Shown: positions 48,131 to 59,945 of the stretch, piece after piece | Layout: the number at the start of each line of letters is the position of its first letter | Numbering within the stretch: the first letter of the stretch is position 1 | Source of the DNA: Eutreptiella sp. 'Long Island Sound 2002' | Lineage: Eukaryota; Protista; Euglenida | DNA: 64,000 nucleotides | Direction: 5' to 3' | Assembly (NCBI GenBank): GCA_964036045.1 | Contig: OZ038378.1 | Location: forward strand, 168,950,001-169,014,000 | The notes under the pieces: model-generated | The model's database searches: none | Told to the model about the DNA's origin: nothing | The model's input: only the letters and a program-made list of their open reading frames with translations | Translations under genes and position numbers: made by a program

Positions 48131-48544
48131 GCTGGTGTCTGCCTACTTGACTTTGTGTGCAGGTAGAAGCCGCGAAGGAACGATAACATTCACACAGCAG
48201 CGCATCTGCAATGCACCAGCGAATCACAGAATGCTCCGCTCAACGTCTAACTTTCGTCAAGCACGCCACGCCAAAGGCCATACGATGGCGCACAGAGTCA
48301 GCGGCAGGCCAGGCAATACACAACAGGTCGAGACAAAAGGCATGCCACACGTGCACGCACACGCGCACACCAACAAGGCCGCATGGGGCCAATCATGCTC
48401 GGCCACCACCGGAATCCGGTTGTTCGGCCCCGCGGGCGGCGCCTGCGTCTTGCGCGTGCGCGCTCGTCCCTGCGAGGTCTGTGGAAAAGACACAGTTCGA
48501 CGGGAGAGCAGGCACAGGCACCATCAGTATGTCGTGACCCAAAC

Positions 48545-48664
48545 CTGATAGAGCCCGTACTGCCAGCAGTCCCAGTCACAGGCATTGCACGTCCACCACC
48601 GGCTGCGGAAATGCACGAGCAGCACCGCGCAACCCCGGGACCCTGCCACTGCCGTCTGTGCCCT
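48545..48664 (-). CDS. Candidate exon with a Cys motif (RAQTAVAGSRGCAVLLVHFRSRWWTCNACDWDCWQYGLYQ)
   Basis: ctcactag acceptor and GTTTGG donor; 120 nt; phase 0/0. Confidence 0.4.
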
Positions 48665-48767
48665 CTAGTGAGAGGGCAAAATGATGCAATGAATCCAACA
48701 GACAAGTAATGCATGCGGAATACACGTGCCAGTCAGACATGCCCCGTGCCAGTCATGCAGCCAGAAC

Positions 48768-50462
48768 ACCACACACACATGCAACACACCAAACCTACAA
48801 CAAGGATACCACACACACATGCAACACACCAAACCTACAACAAGGATACCACACACACATGCAACACACCAAACCTACAACAAGGATACCACACACACAT
48901 GCAACACACCAAACCTACAACAAGGATACCACACACACATGCAACACACCAAACCTACAACAAGGATACCACACACACATGCAACACACCAAACCTACAA
49001 CAAGGATACCACACACACATGCAACACACCAAACCTACAACAAGGATACCACACACACATGCAACACACCAAACCTACAACAAGGATACCACACACACAT
49101 GCAACACACCAAACCTACAACAAGGATACCTTAAACACATGCAACGCACCAAACCTACAACAAGGATACCACAAACACATGCAACACAGCAAACCTACAA
49201 CAAGGATACCACACACACATGCAACACACCAAACCTACAACAAGGATACCACACACACATGCAACACACCAAACCTACAACAAGGATACCACACACACAT
49301 GCAACACACCAAACCTACAACAAGGATACCACAAACACATGCAACACACCAAACCTACAACAAGGATACCACAAACACATGCAACACACCAAACCTACAA
49401 CAAGCATACCACACACACATGCAACACACCAAACCTACAACAAGGATACCACACACACATGCAACACACCAAACCTACAACAAGGATACCACAAACACAT
49501 GCAACACACCAAACCTACAACAAGGATACCTTAAACACATGCAAAGCACCAAACCTACAACAAGGATACCACACACACATGCAACACACCAAACCTACAA
49601 CAAGGATACCACACACACATGCAACACACCAAACCTACAACAAGGATACCACACACACATGCAACACACCAAACCTACAACAAGGATACCACACACACAT
49701 GCAACACACCAAACCTACAACAAGGATACCACACACACATGCAACACACCAAACCTACAACAAGGATACCTTAAACACATGCAACGCACCAAACCTACAA
49801 CAAGGATACCACACACACATGCAACACACCAAACCTACAACAAGGATACCACACACACATGCAACACACCAAACCTACAACAAGGATACCACACACACAT
49901 GCAACACACCAAACCTACAACAAGGATACTACACACACATGCAACACACCAAACCTACAACAAGGATACCACACACACATGCAACACACCAAACCTACAA
50001 CAAGGATACCACACACACATGCAACACACCAAACCTACAACAAGGATACCACACACACATGCAACACACCAAACCTACAACAAGGATACCTTAAACACAT
50101 GCAACACACCAAACCTACAACAAGGATACCACACACACATGCAACACACCAAACCTACAACAAGGATACCACACACACATGCAACACACCAAACCTACAA
50201 CAAGGATACCACAAACACATGCAACACACCAAACCTACAACAAGGATACCACACACACATGCAACACACCAAACCTACAACAAGGATACCACACACACAT
50301 GCAACACACCAAACCTACAACAAGGATACCACAAACACATGCAACGCACCAAACCTACAACAAGCATACCACAAACACATGCAACACACCAAACCTACAA
50401 CAAGCATACCACACACACATGCAACACACCAAACCTACAACAAGGACACCACAAACACATGC
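48768..50462 (+). repeat. 40-bp minisatellite, about 42 copies, consensus ACCACACACACATGCAACACACCAAACCTACAACAAGGAT
   Basis: Exact 40-nt register throughout; substitution variants only. Confidence 0.98.
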
Positions 50463-50704
50463 GACGGCCCACGTCCCACCGCACGTATTGCACTCACCAC
50501 AAACACAAACCCCGAGCCATACCCCAGTATTGGCGTGCCTTGCTGCAGCCCGCCTGGGCACTGAGGGACGCAGCCGCGCTGCCGCGGCGACGGTTGCGGC
50601 GGGAGGTGCGCCAGAGCCACAGGGTTCATGGCTGTGGCCCAGCTCCAAGCCGAGGGGGGACTCACAGGTGGCATCGGCGTCAGCCAGCGACTCCCAGGCC
50701 TATG

Positions 50705-50885
50705 AAACGGATGCCCGGTGGTCCGAAGGGAGGCGGAGGATGCCACACTCGCCCGCGACAACACAGTCCACCCACGAACAACCACCAACATCGCCAGAGA
50801 ACATGGAACCCAACGGACGCCACCAACGGGCGACGGGTTGCGGTGCGAAGAGGGAGTCCAATTACCTTGCCTGCCCTCGTGCGCA
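50705..50885 (+). repeat. Direct repeat pair, copy 1; copy 2 at 52305-52490
   Basis: gaagggaggcggaggatgcca...cagtccaccca...acgggttgc...agtccaa occurs in both. Confidence 0.7.
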
Positions 50886-53510
50886 AACCAGCGGTGGAGG
50901 AGACACAATTGCGGCAACAGACCCTCGTGCCGTGTGGACACGCCGCTGTCTACGGATGTCCCAAAAGGACGAAACACGGGACCGTGGCATTGATGACTCC
51001 CGCCTCTGTTGAGGCGGATATGTGTGCATGTGCTGTGCCTTGGCATGGCCCGCTGCCCAGGATGGACATCACACCGCGTACACAAAAGGGGCGGGGGTTG
51101 GGGTTGGGTTGGGTCTCGGATTGCGCCAAAGGCGGGTCCCACGGCCTGTGCGTCCTTTGCTCTCTGGCATGACTGGGTCCTGACCTCCGGTTGTCTGGTC
51201 TCACAGCCGCCCAGGCTGCTGACGGTGCCCAAACCCCACCAAGGCGCTGGTGGGAGGGGCAAGGGAGGGTCGCTTGGGCGAGCAGATTGGCCAATGGTTA
51301 TTCATTTTTATTCATTGGCCGCTTCCTTCTGCCGCTGCCCAATGCCCTGGACCCATGCAGGCCTGCGCAGCCACCCGCCATGGGGCTGAGCGGATGCCAT
51401 GAGCCTCTGACATACAGTACGGCATTGGTGAAGCATTGGTTGCTCGAGAGAACGGACGGGGGACATGACACGGACGGGCTGGGCTCCTCGCCCCCTGACA
51501 GGCCACCAAAGCACCAGAGGAGATCGGGCGGCAGATATGACGCGTGGCGTCCCACCCGGTCAGGGAGACCCGGCGAGCCGGACGGGATAGGGACCTGGCA
51601 CATGGTGTGGGAGGTGGCGTGACTCTTGGAGGCGCGTATTCACGCAGCAGCCCCCATGAAGAGGCGACGGAGGTGCGAAGGACGCGGGGCCAGAAGGGCA
51701 GCCGATGTCAGCGACGGCCGCACTCGAGTGCGGGAAAACCCCAAAAGCCCCGCCCCCCAGTGATGGCCTGCCGTTTGCTGTCCCACCCGGGGCTTGGACA
51801 GGAATAAGTGATGATCTGCACTGATACACGCGCCTGTCAAAATGGAAAGTGGGGGGTTGAGACCAGGACGTGGACCCATTGGAGTGTGTGCAAACCAGGC
51901 TCTACCTGACCTAATCACTTTTCGCAAGTATTGGCCATTGGCCGGCACTTTGGAGGTGGTAAGATGCCTATTGGTCCATTTTATGGTCATGTCAAAGAAA
52001 ATTATGGGCCGTTTTGCCCCAAATGTGGCGATCTTGCCAAACACAAACACTTTTCACACTGTGGCTTCTGGATTACCTCCGTGATGTTGCATTCCAAGGT
52101 TGTGTTAGGACTAGTGATATTCGTAAACAAAAGGCGGGAGGGGGCGGGGCTCTTTGCACCCACGATAATGTGGAAACCCTAGTTTGGCATAGAAACCAAG
52201 CCAATGCAAAAGGGGGGGGGGGTTACAAAATCCTTCATGGCGTCTTTCTCCGTAGAAATGCCCCCCCCCCGTCCTGATGCAAAGGGGCACCCGACGCCCA
52301 AAACACTGAAAGGGAGGCGGAGGATGCCAAACTACCCCGCAACAACCCAGTCCACCCACAAACAACCAACAATATCGCAACAGAAGATATAACCCACAGG
52401 ACCCAACCAACAGGCAACGGGTTGCAGCGCAAAGAGTGAGTCCAAGTAACTCTCCTACCCTCTTGCACAGACAGTGAGTGAGGCTGACTGCACACAAACC
52501 TGCCATGTCTCGTCTTCTGCTTCGCACTCAGGTTCTGGCATCTCCAATTGGGCTGCAGGACTTGCATGCTCGAAGAGGGCACTCCATTGATTGTCCCCTG
52601 CGGATCAAAATGGTTCAGAAGGAGGAAGGGGGCGCTTGCTAATCCGGTGTGCGTGTGGGGGGGGGGGGGGGTTGGCACAAGGCCTCGGGGGGGGGGGGGG
52701 ATTGGGGCTGTCTTGCTGGAACCCTTACCTCCTCAAAAGGGGCTTAATCAACACCGCTCTCAATTATCATGTGTACCATACAAAGCTCGTGTTAGGCCCT
52801 CTTTATGCATTTTTCAGGCCGACCCGTGTTCTTCAACGCGGGCAGGCAAGCAACTCCTCTTGCCATGGGGCTGACGCGCCCCTCCCACTCGGGAGGGCTG
52901 GCCGGGGCGCTTGACGTGCCCCCCTCAGGAGGGCAAGCACCGTCGCGGCGGCTCGTCCCTCTGTGCCGCCGTACTCCGCAGGCAGGGGGTAGCAACGGGG
53001 GTTGGGCGCCTGAGCTCCTGATTGGCCCACCACCCCAGCCCCTCGATCTCTGTACATAGGCCTACCTCATAAAAAGTAAACGTGCCCTCTTTATGTATTG
53101 TTCAGCCTATTTGGGTATTGGGTGCGAAGGGGGGGGGGAGGGGTAGCTCAACCGAGGGATTGGTGCACAAACTGCTGAAGCAGTTTTCCACCCTCGACAG
53201 CTCAACAAGAGAAATTTCCTAAACCGATTTTCTTTGATACTGTGACCACTCACAATGATCAAACATCACATGCAAAGCATGTTATAGGCCCTCGTAATTG
53301 GGGTGTTTTTCACATGCCTGGCAAGGTGCACAGATTTTTCAGGTGGGTAGGTTTCAGCAAAACAAGCCTCCTGCCCCTTTAATGCCCCAAAATTATGGTT
53401 TGTAGGCGGATCAGTGGAACTTGAAAAAATGCGAAAACTTACCATATACCCCTTTGGGGGGGGGGGGGGTTGCAAAGCATACCGTATGAAATTGGATATT
53501 GAACCCCTTG

Positions 53511-54173
53511 CAGGGTTTCCCACTGATTCGGAATAAAAAAAATTTTGATTCGGAAATATTCGGAAATATTCGGAAATATTCGGAAATATTCGGATTGTAT
53601 AAAAACATACTTTTGCTCTTTATAATTGCCCGTGGATGTCCTCTGGATGTTTGCTGTTCATACCACAGGTCCCATACTCCCAATTTCTGCACCCTGAATA
53701 TGCCACAGTTTGAATGAGCATGAAACGCGGGAATTAATCACAGAAACGTACAACAACCAGTGCCCAGTAATGTTTTACTTCTTCACAAACCTCTGCTCAT
53801 GTCATCTGGAAATTGAGCAGCCCATTTGGCTGCAGTCATATGTTTGCCACGCTTTCTTGCTTGCAATGGTTGTTTACCCGATGGTGCTGGTTGTTGCTTG
53901 CTCTGATGGAAATTCATCAGGTGTAGGCACAGGCATGCATGTGTTGACAGAGCTGAAAAATCGGGGGGAAGGAGTGTGCACCATACCCAGAGTACATCCC
54001 CCACAACACAGGAGACTCTCCCCGTATCCCCCCAAAACCCGAATGCTCACCCTTCTCATATTCGAAAATATTCGGATATATTCGGAATATTCGGAATTAG
54101 CAGGTCCAGCTCTGATTCGGAAATATTCGGAAATATTCGGAAATATTCGTTTCCGAATGAGCGGGAAACCCTG
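53511..54173. mobile_element. MITE-like non-autonomous DNA transposon with 23-bp imperfect TIRs and 6-bp TSD (CCCTTG)
   Basis: Left end CAGGGTTTCCCACTGATTCGGAA; right end TTCCGAATGAGCGGGAAACCCTG; cccttg on both outer sides; subterminal (ATTCGGAAAT)n. Confidence 0.75.
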
Positions 54174-54416
54174 CCCTTGCAAACCATCATCTTGGGAGAA
54201 AAAATGATCTCTCTTGCAGTTTCAAATGCCGTTGAAAAGGGCTTGAAGATGGGGCATACCACCCAAAACCTGTGAAAATGACGGCTGCCTGGGGTTTGCC
54301 GCGTTTGAATTCCCGCACCGCGTCCAGTGTCCCCCCATCATACCCCACGACCGTGGCGTAGCTTCAGCCCCGGGCCACCACACAAGGCAGGGCACACCGT
54401 GCTGCATGTGCAGTAC

Positions 54417-54579
54417 CCAAGTGGCCATGGTGATCTCGTTCATGTCCGCATCGTACGTGGGCATATCGAACGCCTCCGGCGCCGCGAGGGTGCTGGAGTG
54501 GGCTGAGGCGCCCGCCAGCCACAGCTTGCCAAAGTACGCCGCACTGGTCCTCGTGGACGTGGCCAGACACGTGGGTGTA
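54417..54579 (-). CDS. Candidate exon (TPTCLATSTRTSAAYFGKLWLAG...DMPTYDADMNEITMATW)
   Basis: cctctcag acceptor and GTACTG donor; phase-2 start fits exon 56785. Confidence 0.5.
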
Positions 54580-56784
54580 CTGAGAGGTGAGCACGGGAGG
54601 GGCGCGGGGGCACCGGACAACAGGGCCTTAGGTTGTGAGGGGGAGGCAGCGAGAAGCTGCTGGGCTCTGCGGGCCCAGAGCCCCAAGAAGACGCCAGCCA
54701 ACCACCGATTCTCTGCCACTTGCCGTCAATCAGAATGCCCGTACACCTGCTGCGGCCTGCCTACTGCTGTGCCTGACCCTCTTTGGGAATTGCCGGCGGA
54801 AAGTGACGTGTTGGTTCAACGCAGTGTCAGAGACGTTGCCCGAGGGCGGGGGATGGGGAGGGTCCGAGTTCGCCTTCACGCCCGCTACCCTCGGGCCGCC
54901 GCCACCGCCGTCGCTTGACCACTGGCCGCTATCGATCGACCGCCTACCACCGTCGGCAGACCGCACAGACCATACGACACACGGGACTGAGATCAGCTGC
55001 GAGATCATCGCGTCACTGCGCTTCTGTGGGACTCCCGTTGCCGACCGCTTGAGACTGGGACCCAACGGACATCACAGCGGGCGGCCCCTCACACTTTTTT
55101 GGTGCCCGAATTCCGAAACGGCGGTCCAACGCAGCGAAGTGCCGGGGGGTGGGGCCGTGTGCGGACACGGTGATGGGCGGCTGCAAGCGGCAACACTCCC
55201 CATCCGGGGCCGCTGCAGTCTGCAGACGACGAAGTGCCGGTGGTTGGGACCACGTCCGAAGGCCACCGTCTCAAAAAGCCTTTGTAAAACCGTTTGGTAT
55301 ACAGGACCTCTGCCCCTCCCCCCCCCATCACAGCCCCCCCCCCCCCGGGGACGGCCCATGGGGCTGTCCGAGGGCCTCAAGGCCCCTCGGGGGGCGATGT
55401 GCACACATTATTGAAGGGAATGGCGTGAGGGATGCCAACCAGTCCACCCCGGAGCACTGCGAGGGGGCCACTGATAATACGACCCCGAGGCCCATCTGGT
55501 GCCGGATTCAAAGGGCCGGGGGGGACTCACTTACGCTCGCCTGCTTGGGTCTCCCCTGGCTGACCCTCTTTGAATCCGGCACAGAACGGGCTTTAGGGAA
55601 CGTGTTTGTGCCCCCCCCCCCCCCTGTGGGTCGGGGGGGTTGTAGGCCCACGGGGAGGGGGCCCGAAGGGCCTCTGACAGCCCCTTGGGGGGGGGGGGAT
55701 TAAAAAACCGACAAATGCAAACCAGCCCCCCTTGGGGGAGGGAGGGGGGGGCAGAGTTGGTGTAAGCCAAACGTTTACCCGCACAACGCACCTGACCTCC
55801 GCAGGAGGAGGGGCAGGGGGTTGGCAAACAATGGAATGGGGGCAAGGGGGGGGGGGGGTTCGAGCTCCGTTTCCGGGAGCATCTTCAGATGTGAATTGCA
55901 ATGCGCGCGCGCCTGACGGCGTCACGCGCGCGTGCGCGACGATGCGTGTGTGTGATTCGGAAGGAACAGCTTCTGCACACCACGAGCGCCGCACACGTAG
56001 CCAACCCTGGAACCGCCACTGTGGGGCAGTCCTGGGGCCACCTGGTGGCGTTTTCTCACAGGGCGCCAGGGGGGCCGGGGGTCTGTGCGTGGAACATTGC
56101 GGCGCGAAGACATTCATTTTTCATATTGTGCCGCAGCGAACGAGACCATCACCAGCACCCCCAACACCCACGCTCTCTGCTGGTGCGTCCAGAGCGCAGA
56201 AGACTGAAGCATCTGATGATTGGGAAGGCCATATCCTGCGGGGTACAATACCACAGTCCCAGACCGGAGGGGGGGATATTCCGTGCGGTGGGAGAATATG
56301 AATCTACAAAGTCTGGCGCCACAAAATCTGTGCCATTTCTTAAATTACGGTTCCAAACAATTGCTCATGAGAAACAGTGGGCGCTTGCTGTTATTTCCTG
56401 GTGGCCTGTGCATGGGCGCTATCATTTCCTGGTGGACTCTAACGGATACCCGCACAAATCCTTCAAAACACCGAACAAATTGAGTACAAAAATGTCGTAC
56501 AGAATTTGAATTGCAGAAAGTCCTCCACCGCAACTGTCGCGGCAACCACCAGACATTTCCCCCGAACTGCTTTCCCACCCGCCGCTCACCGGCTTTGCAC
56601 CCGCTCTCCAGTCCCCAGTTCAGACACCCCGTCAGTCCCCGCTCAGAAAAACGCTGACTGTCGAACCGCCTGAGAACAAATTGCACGAACATCTACGCTA
56701 CCACTGCCTGCGTCCCGCAGCTTCAGCCTCGGCCGTCCCCGCCTCCCAGCGGCCCTATCGGCCCCTTACCGACCGACACGGCAC

Positions 56785-56972
56785 CTGCTCCACGTCGTGG
56801 CCATCGTGGCCGGTCCCTGTGCACTCCGCGGGGCGAAGCATTCGGATGTACTTTCCGTGCAGCCAAGCAGCTCCTGAGCCTCCAGGTCATCGCTGCCGCA
56901 GTCCTCCTCCGAGGGATCCAAAGGGCTGCCGTCGCTGTCCAGCAGAACAATGCACGCAGCCTCCACCGAGAC
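56785..56972 (-). CDS. Candidate exon (VSVEAACIVLLDSDGSPLDPSEEDCGSDDLEAQELL...)
   Basis: ccctgcag acceptor and GTGCCG donor; acidic, protein-like composition. Confidence 0.5.
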
Positions 56973-57175
56973 CTGCAGGGCAGCGGCACAAGGCAAGGAA
57001 TGGCACCACCGAAGCGGTCATGGGGACGGGACAACGGAATGAGGCGCGGATCATCATCAATAGTGAGGGCACAGCCCGCCAGGGTCCAGCACGCATTGGC
57101 GGAAGGAACATTTCGCCGAGGGAGGTGTGGTTTGGGTGGCACTTTGGGGGGATGCCATAAGGGCGCGTTGGTCAC

Positions 57176-57463
57176 CGTGTAGCACAGCTGCCGCCCAGTG
57201 CCATCCATGGCTTTTTTCGTGACATGCTTACTGGCCGAGGTACGTTTCAAGGGGCAGAAGTCAGGGGAGTGGGGGGAGGGGAGGTAACTGGATCCCCGTT
57301 GCTCAGTCCGTGGAGTTGGGCATACCACATCGTCGTCAGCCTCGCAGCCACTGCCCTGCAATGCGCTTTGCTCAAGAGCAGAGACGCTCGCATCCGCAGG
57401 GGACATAGTGGGGCTCAAGCGCGCCCTTTTGGCATCGGGCATGGGAGCACGAGGCTCCTCCAT
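57176..57463 (-). CDS. Candidate first exon (MEEPRAPMPDAKRARLSP...GRQLCYT)
   Basis: True ATG at 57463, NLS-like PDAKRARL, phase-0 GTGACC donor compatible with exon 56972. Confidence 0.45.
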
Positions 57464-58731
57464 GCAACTCTTGAAGGATCACAAGAGAAGCAACTGCAGA
57501 GAAAAAGCGATGACAGGCAAAGCACAGCATCAGAACAGCTGCGCCCTTGTAAGACGCATGACTACTTTTGTTCGACCGTCCATCCGTCTGCTTGGCTTGG
57601 CTGTCTACATGTCTTCTCCGTGGGCCCTACTTGACATGGATGTGCCACACATCGTCCGGTGCTCAGACATCTTTGTGACCCAGGCCCCCGTACTAGCTTC
57701 GCCCACCTGCACACCGCGTCCATTCTCTGCCACACCTCGGAGACACTCGTGCCCACACACCCTTTTGTGCAGCCAAATACCAAATCAATACAGTCACACG
57801 AGAGTGAAGCCATGCCATGTCAAGTAGCCCTGGGGCACATGGTCTTGTGGAGGTTGTCCTGGTCTCAGAAGTGAGGTTCTGGAGGCGTAGGCATTGTTTC
57901 TCCGTGGGGAATGATGTTGGATGCACTGGTGTTCCCTGACGGGGGGGGGGGGGCGGAGGCACTTTGTCAGCTTTGAAAAGTGTCTCGGAGATTGACACTG
58001 CTTGGCGTACTGTGCCCAATCATGAATTCCAGGACATTGCCTACCAGGAATTTACCTTCAAATGTTTTGGCAGCTGGTATGGACTGCACCTACCTCACAA
58101 CTTGAGGACTGTTGTGATTTCCTTGGCATTATTCTATGATAGTATGTGGGCTGGGGGGTGGGGGGTGGTTGCCAGGAACCTCTACCTGCCATTGCATCCC
58201 CACAAATTGCTCCCAGGTGGATGAAATGTGTCCCCACGGCAGCAAAGGAAGAGGTCGGGCGAAAAGTGTTGCTGAAAACTGTGGTAACACAACTGCTCAA
58301 GTAACATCACGCAACAAAAAAGACAGCCAAGGGAGGCACGCAAGCAAGCATGCGGTCTAACATACAGGCATGCAGGCAGGCAAGCATGTAAGCAGGCAGG
58401 TAGACAGGTATGGAGGCAGGCATAGCATGCAAGCGGGCGGGCGAGCATGTGGATAGGTCGGCATGTGGGCAGGTAGGCAAGCATGCAAGTGGAGCTGCAA
58501 TTCGGAGTAAACCCGCAAACCCCAACCCCGGCCACTGTGAAATAAGGGTCAGCACGATGAGCCCTACTGTTTGACCCCTGTCTGTGGTACCCACCCCCGT
58601 CACATCCAGGGGCTCTGTTGACACAACCAAAACACGTTCGGACCCACAGAGGGTCAGAATGAGCAGTGATGAGAGGCCAACAGGCGCCGCCAAAGGCAAA
58701 CAAGCTAATACCGTGGCCTTGGGGGAATCCT

Positions 58732-59945
58732 TGCACTGCGCGCACACTGCGCGCTACTTTTAGACTACGTTCCCCCCAAAGAGCCCCTAGGCACGCCCTC
58801 TGGAAACACCCTTAGAATTAGGCGACCCAAACTGGACTGAAGGGGACCTTGAGGGGGACCTTCCCGGTTCTTGTGGCAGTGGTGAAGGACCAGGGGCCTT
58901 GGGGGGGGAACTTGACTGTGTGTTGGGCGGTGGAGATGGAGGGCAGTCAGGTGGCGAGTCTGAACTTGGGATGGCAAAGGAGATGGACTCCATCTTGCAT
59001 TGCCGATTCACCACTCTCAACCCATCTTGGTACTATTCCAAGCGGAGGAGTCCGTCTTCAGCCGTCCCAACCACCGTGGCGCGGGAGGTCGCAGGGTATA
59101 GAACACCCTATCCCCAATATTGAGATCCATGGAGAAAATGGGCCTGAGAAATGAGGAGGGAAGTATGATGTCCTGTAGCAGCACCCTCAAAGTGTATCAC
59201 CATATCAATCAACCGAGAAAAAGTGGGTTGTGTGGGCTGTGCCGGTGTTTGGGGTTGCGGAGCCATGGGGGTAACATCTGGTGACTCTGGTGACTCTCGA
59301 GACTTGGGTGATTCAACCGCCACAGCCTGTAGCCATGAGAGTTGAGCACTCTCATGATCCACCGGAGTGACCCCACCCGGGCGTATGTACCGAATGTGGC
59401 AAAACTGCGGCCCATTTGGCGAAGGCCCCACAACAGTGGCCAACACATGTGCACCAAGTGTGCGTGAGTGGTACCGTACATGGTCACCGGGAGAAAACAT
59501 CCTGGGTCTGAAGTAGCAACACAACACACCCATACAACGCCTTTGGAGAGAGAATATCACAGAACACACACAGGTGCTTGATTTGTAGTAATGGGAAAGC
59601 AATGCAAGGCCTTGCACAAAGCAGATGGGAAACACAAACCAGCACAATACATGTTAACTGGAAAAACATGGAAGTGACGGTCTCCCGGGTGGGGGGGGGG
59701 GATTGCAAGGGGGGGGGAGTTTGCAAGGGAGTGGCAGGGTAGATGTGGTGGAAATGGGGGGGAAATGTGTGCAAGAAAGTAGAAATGGGTGAAACAGGGT
59801 GAAAATCCAAAAATGCCAGATCCCCAATGCATAAAAACCTACTACCAAACAACAATGACGCCCAAAGTACGACAAAGTATGGGTTTCTACTACTGCCAGA
59901 AGCCCAAATAGTTGCACTGTGCGTGCACTGCACGCGCACTGCACT
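58732..59945 (-). mobile_element. Second, longer member of the GCACTG-array element family, with ORF MFSPGDHVRY...
   Basis: Arrays at 58732-58754 and 59912-59944; conserved non-coding block; ORF starting at about 59500. Confidence 0.5.

Noticed and set aside
48768-50462. CRISPR array
   Set aside because: The units are contiguous with no unique spacers, there are no cas-like ORFs, and the context is eukaryotic and intronic
48713-51172. Long + strand ORFs (273-612 aa) as real repeat proteins
   Set aside because: They arise automatically from a stop-poor A/C-rich 40-mer that opens all three frames; no flanking gene structure supports them
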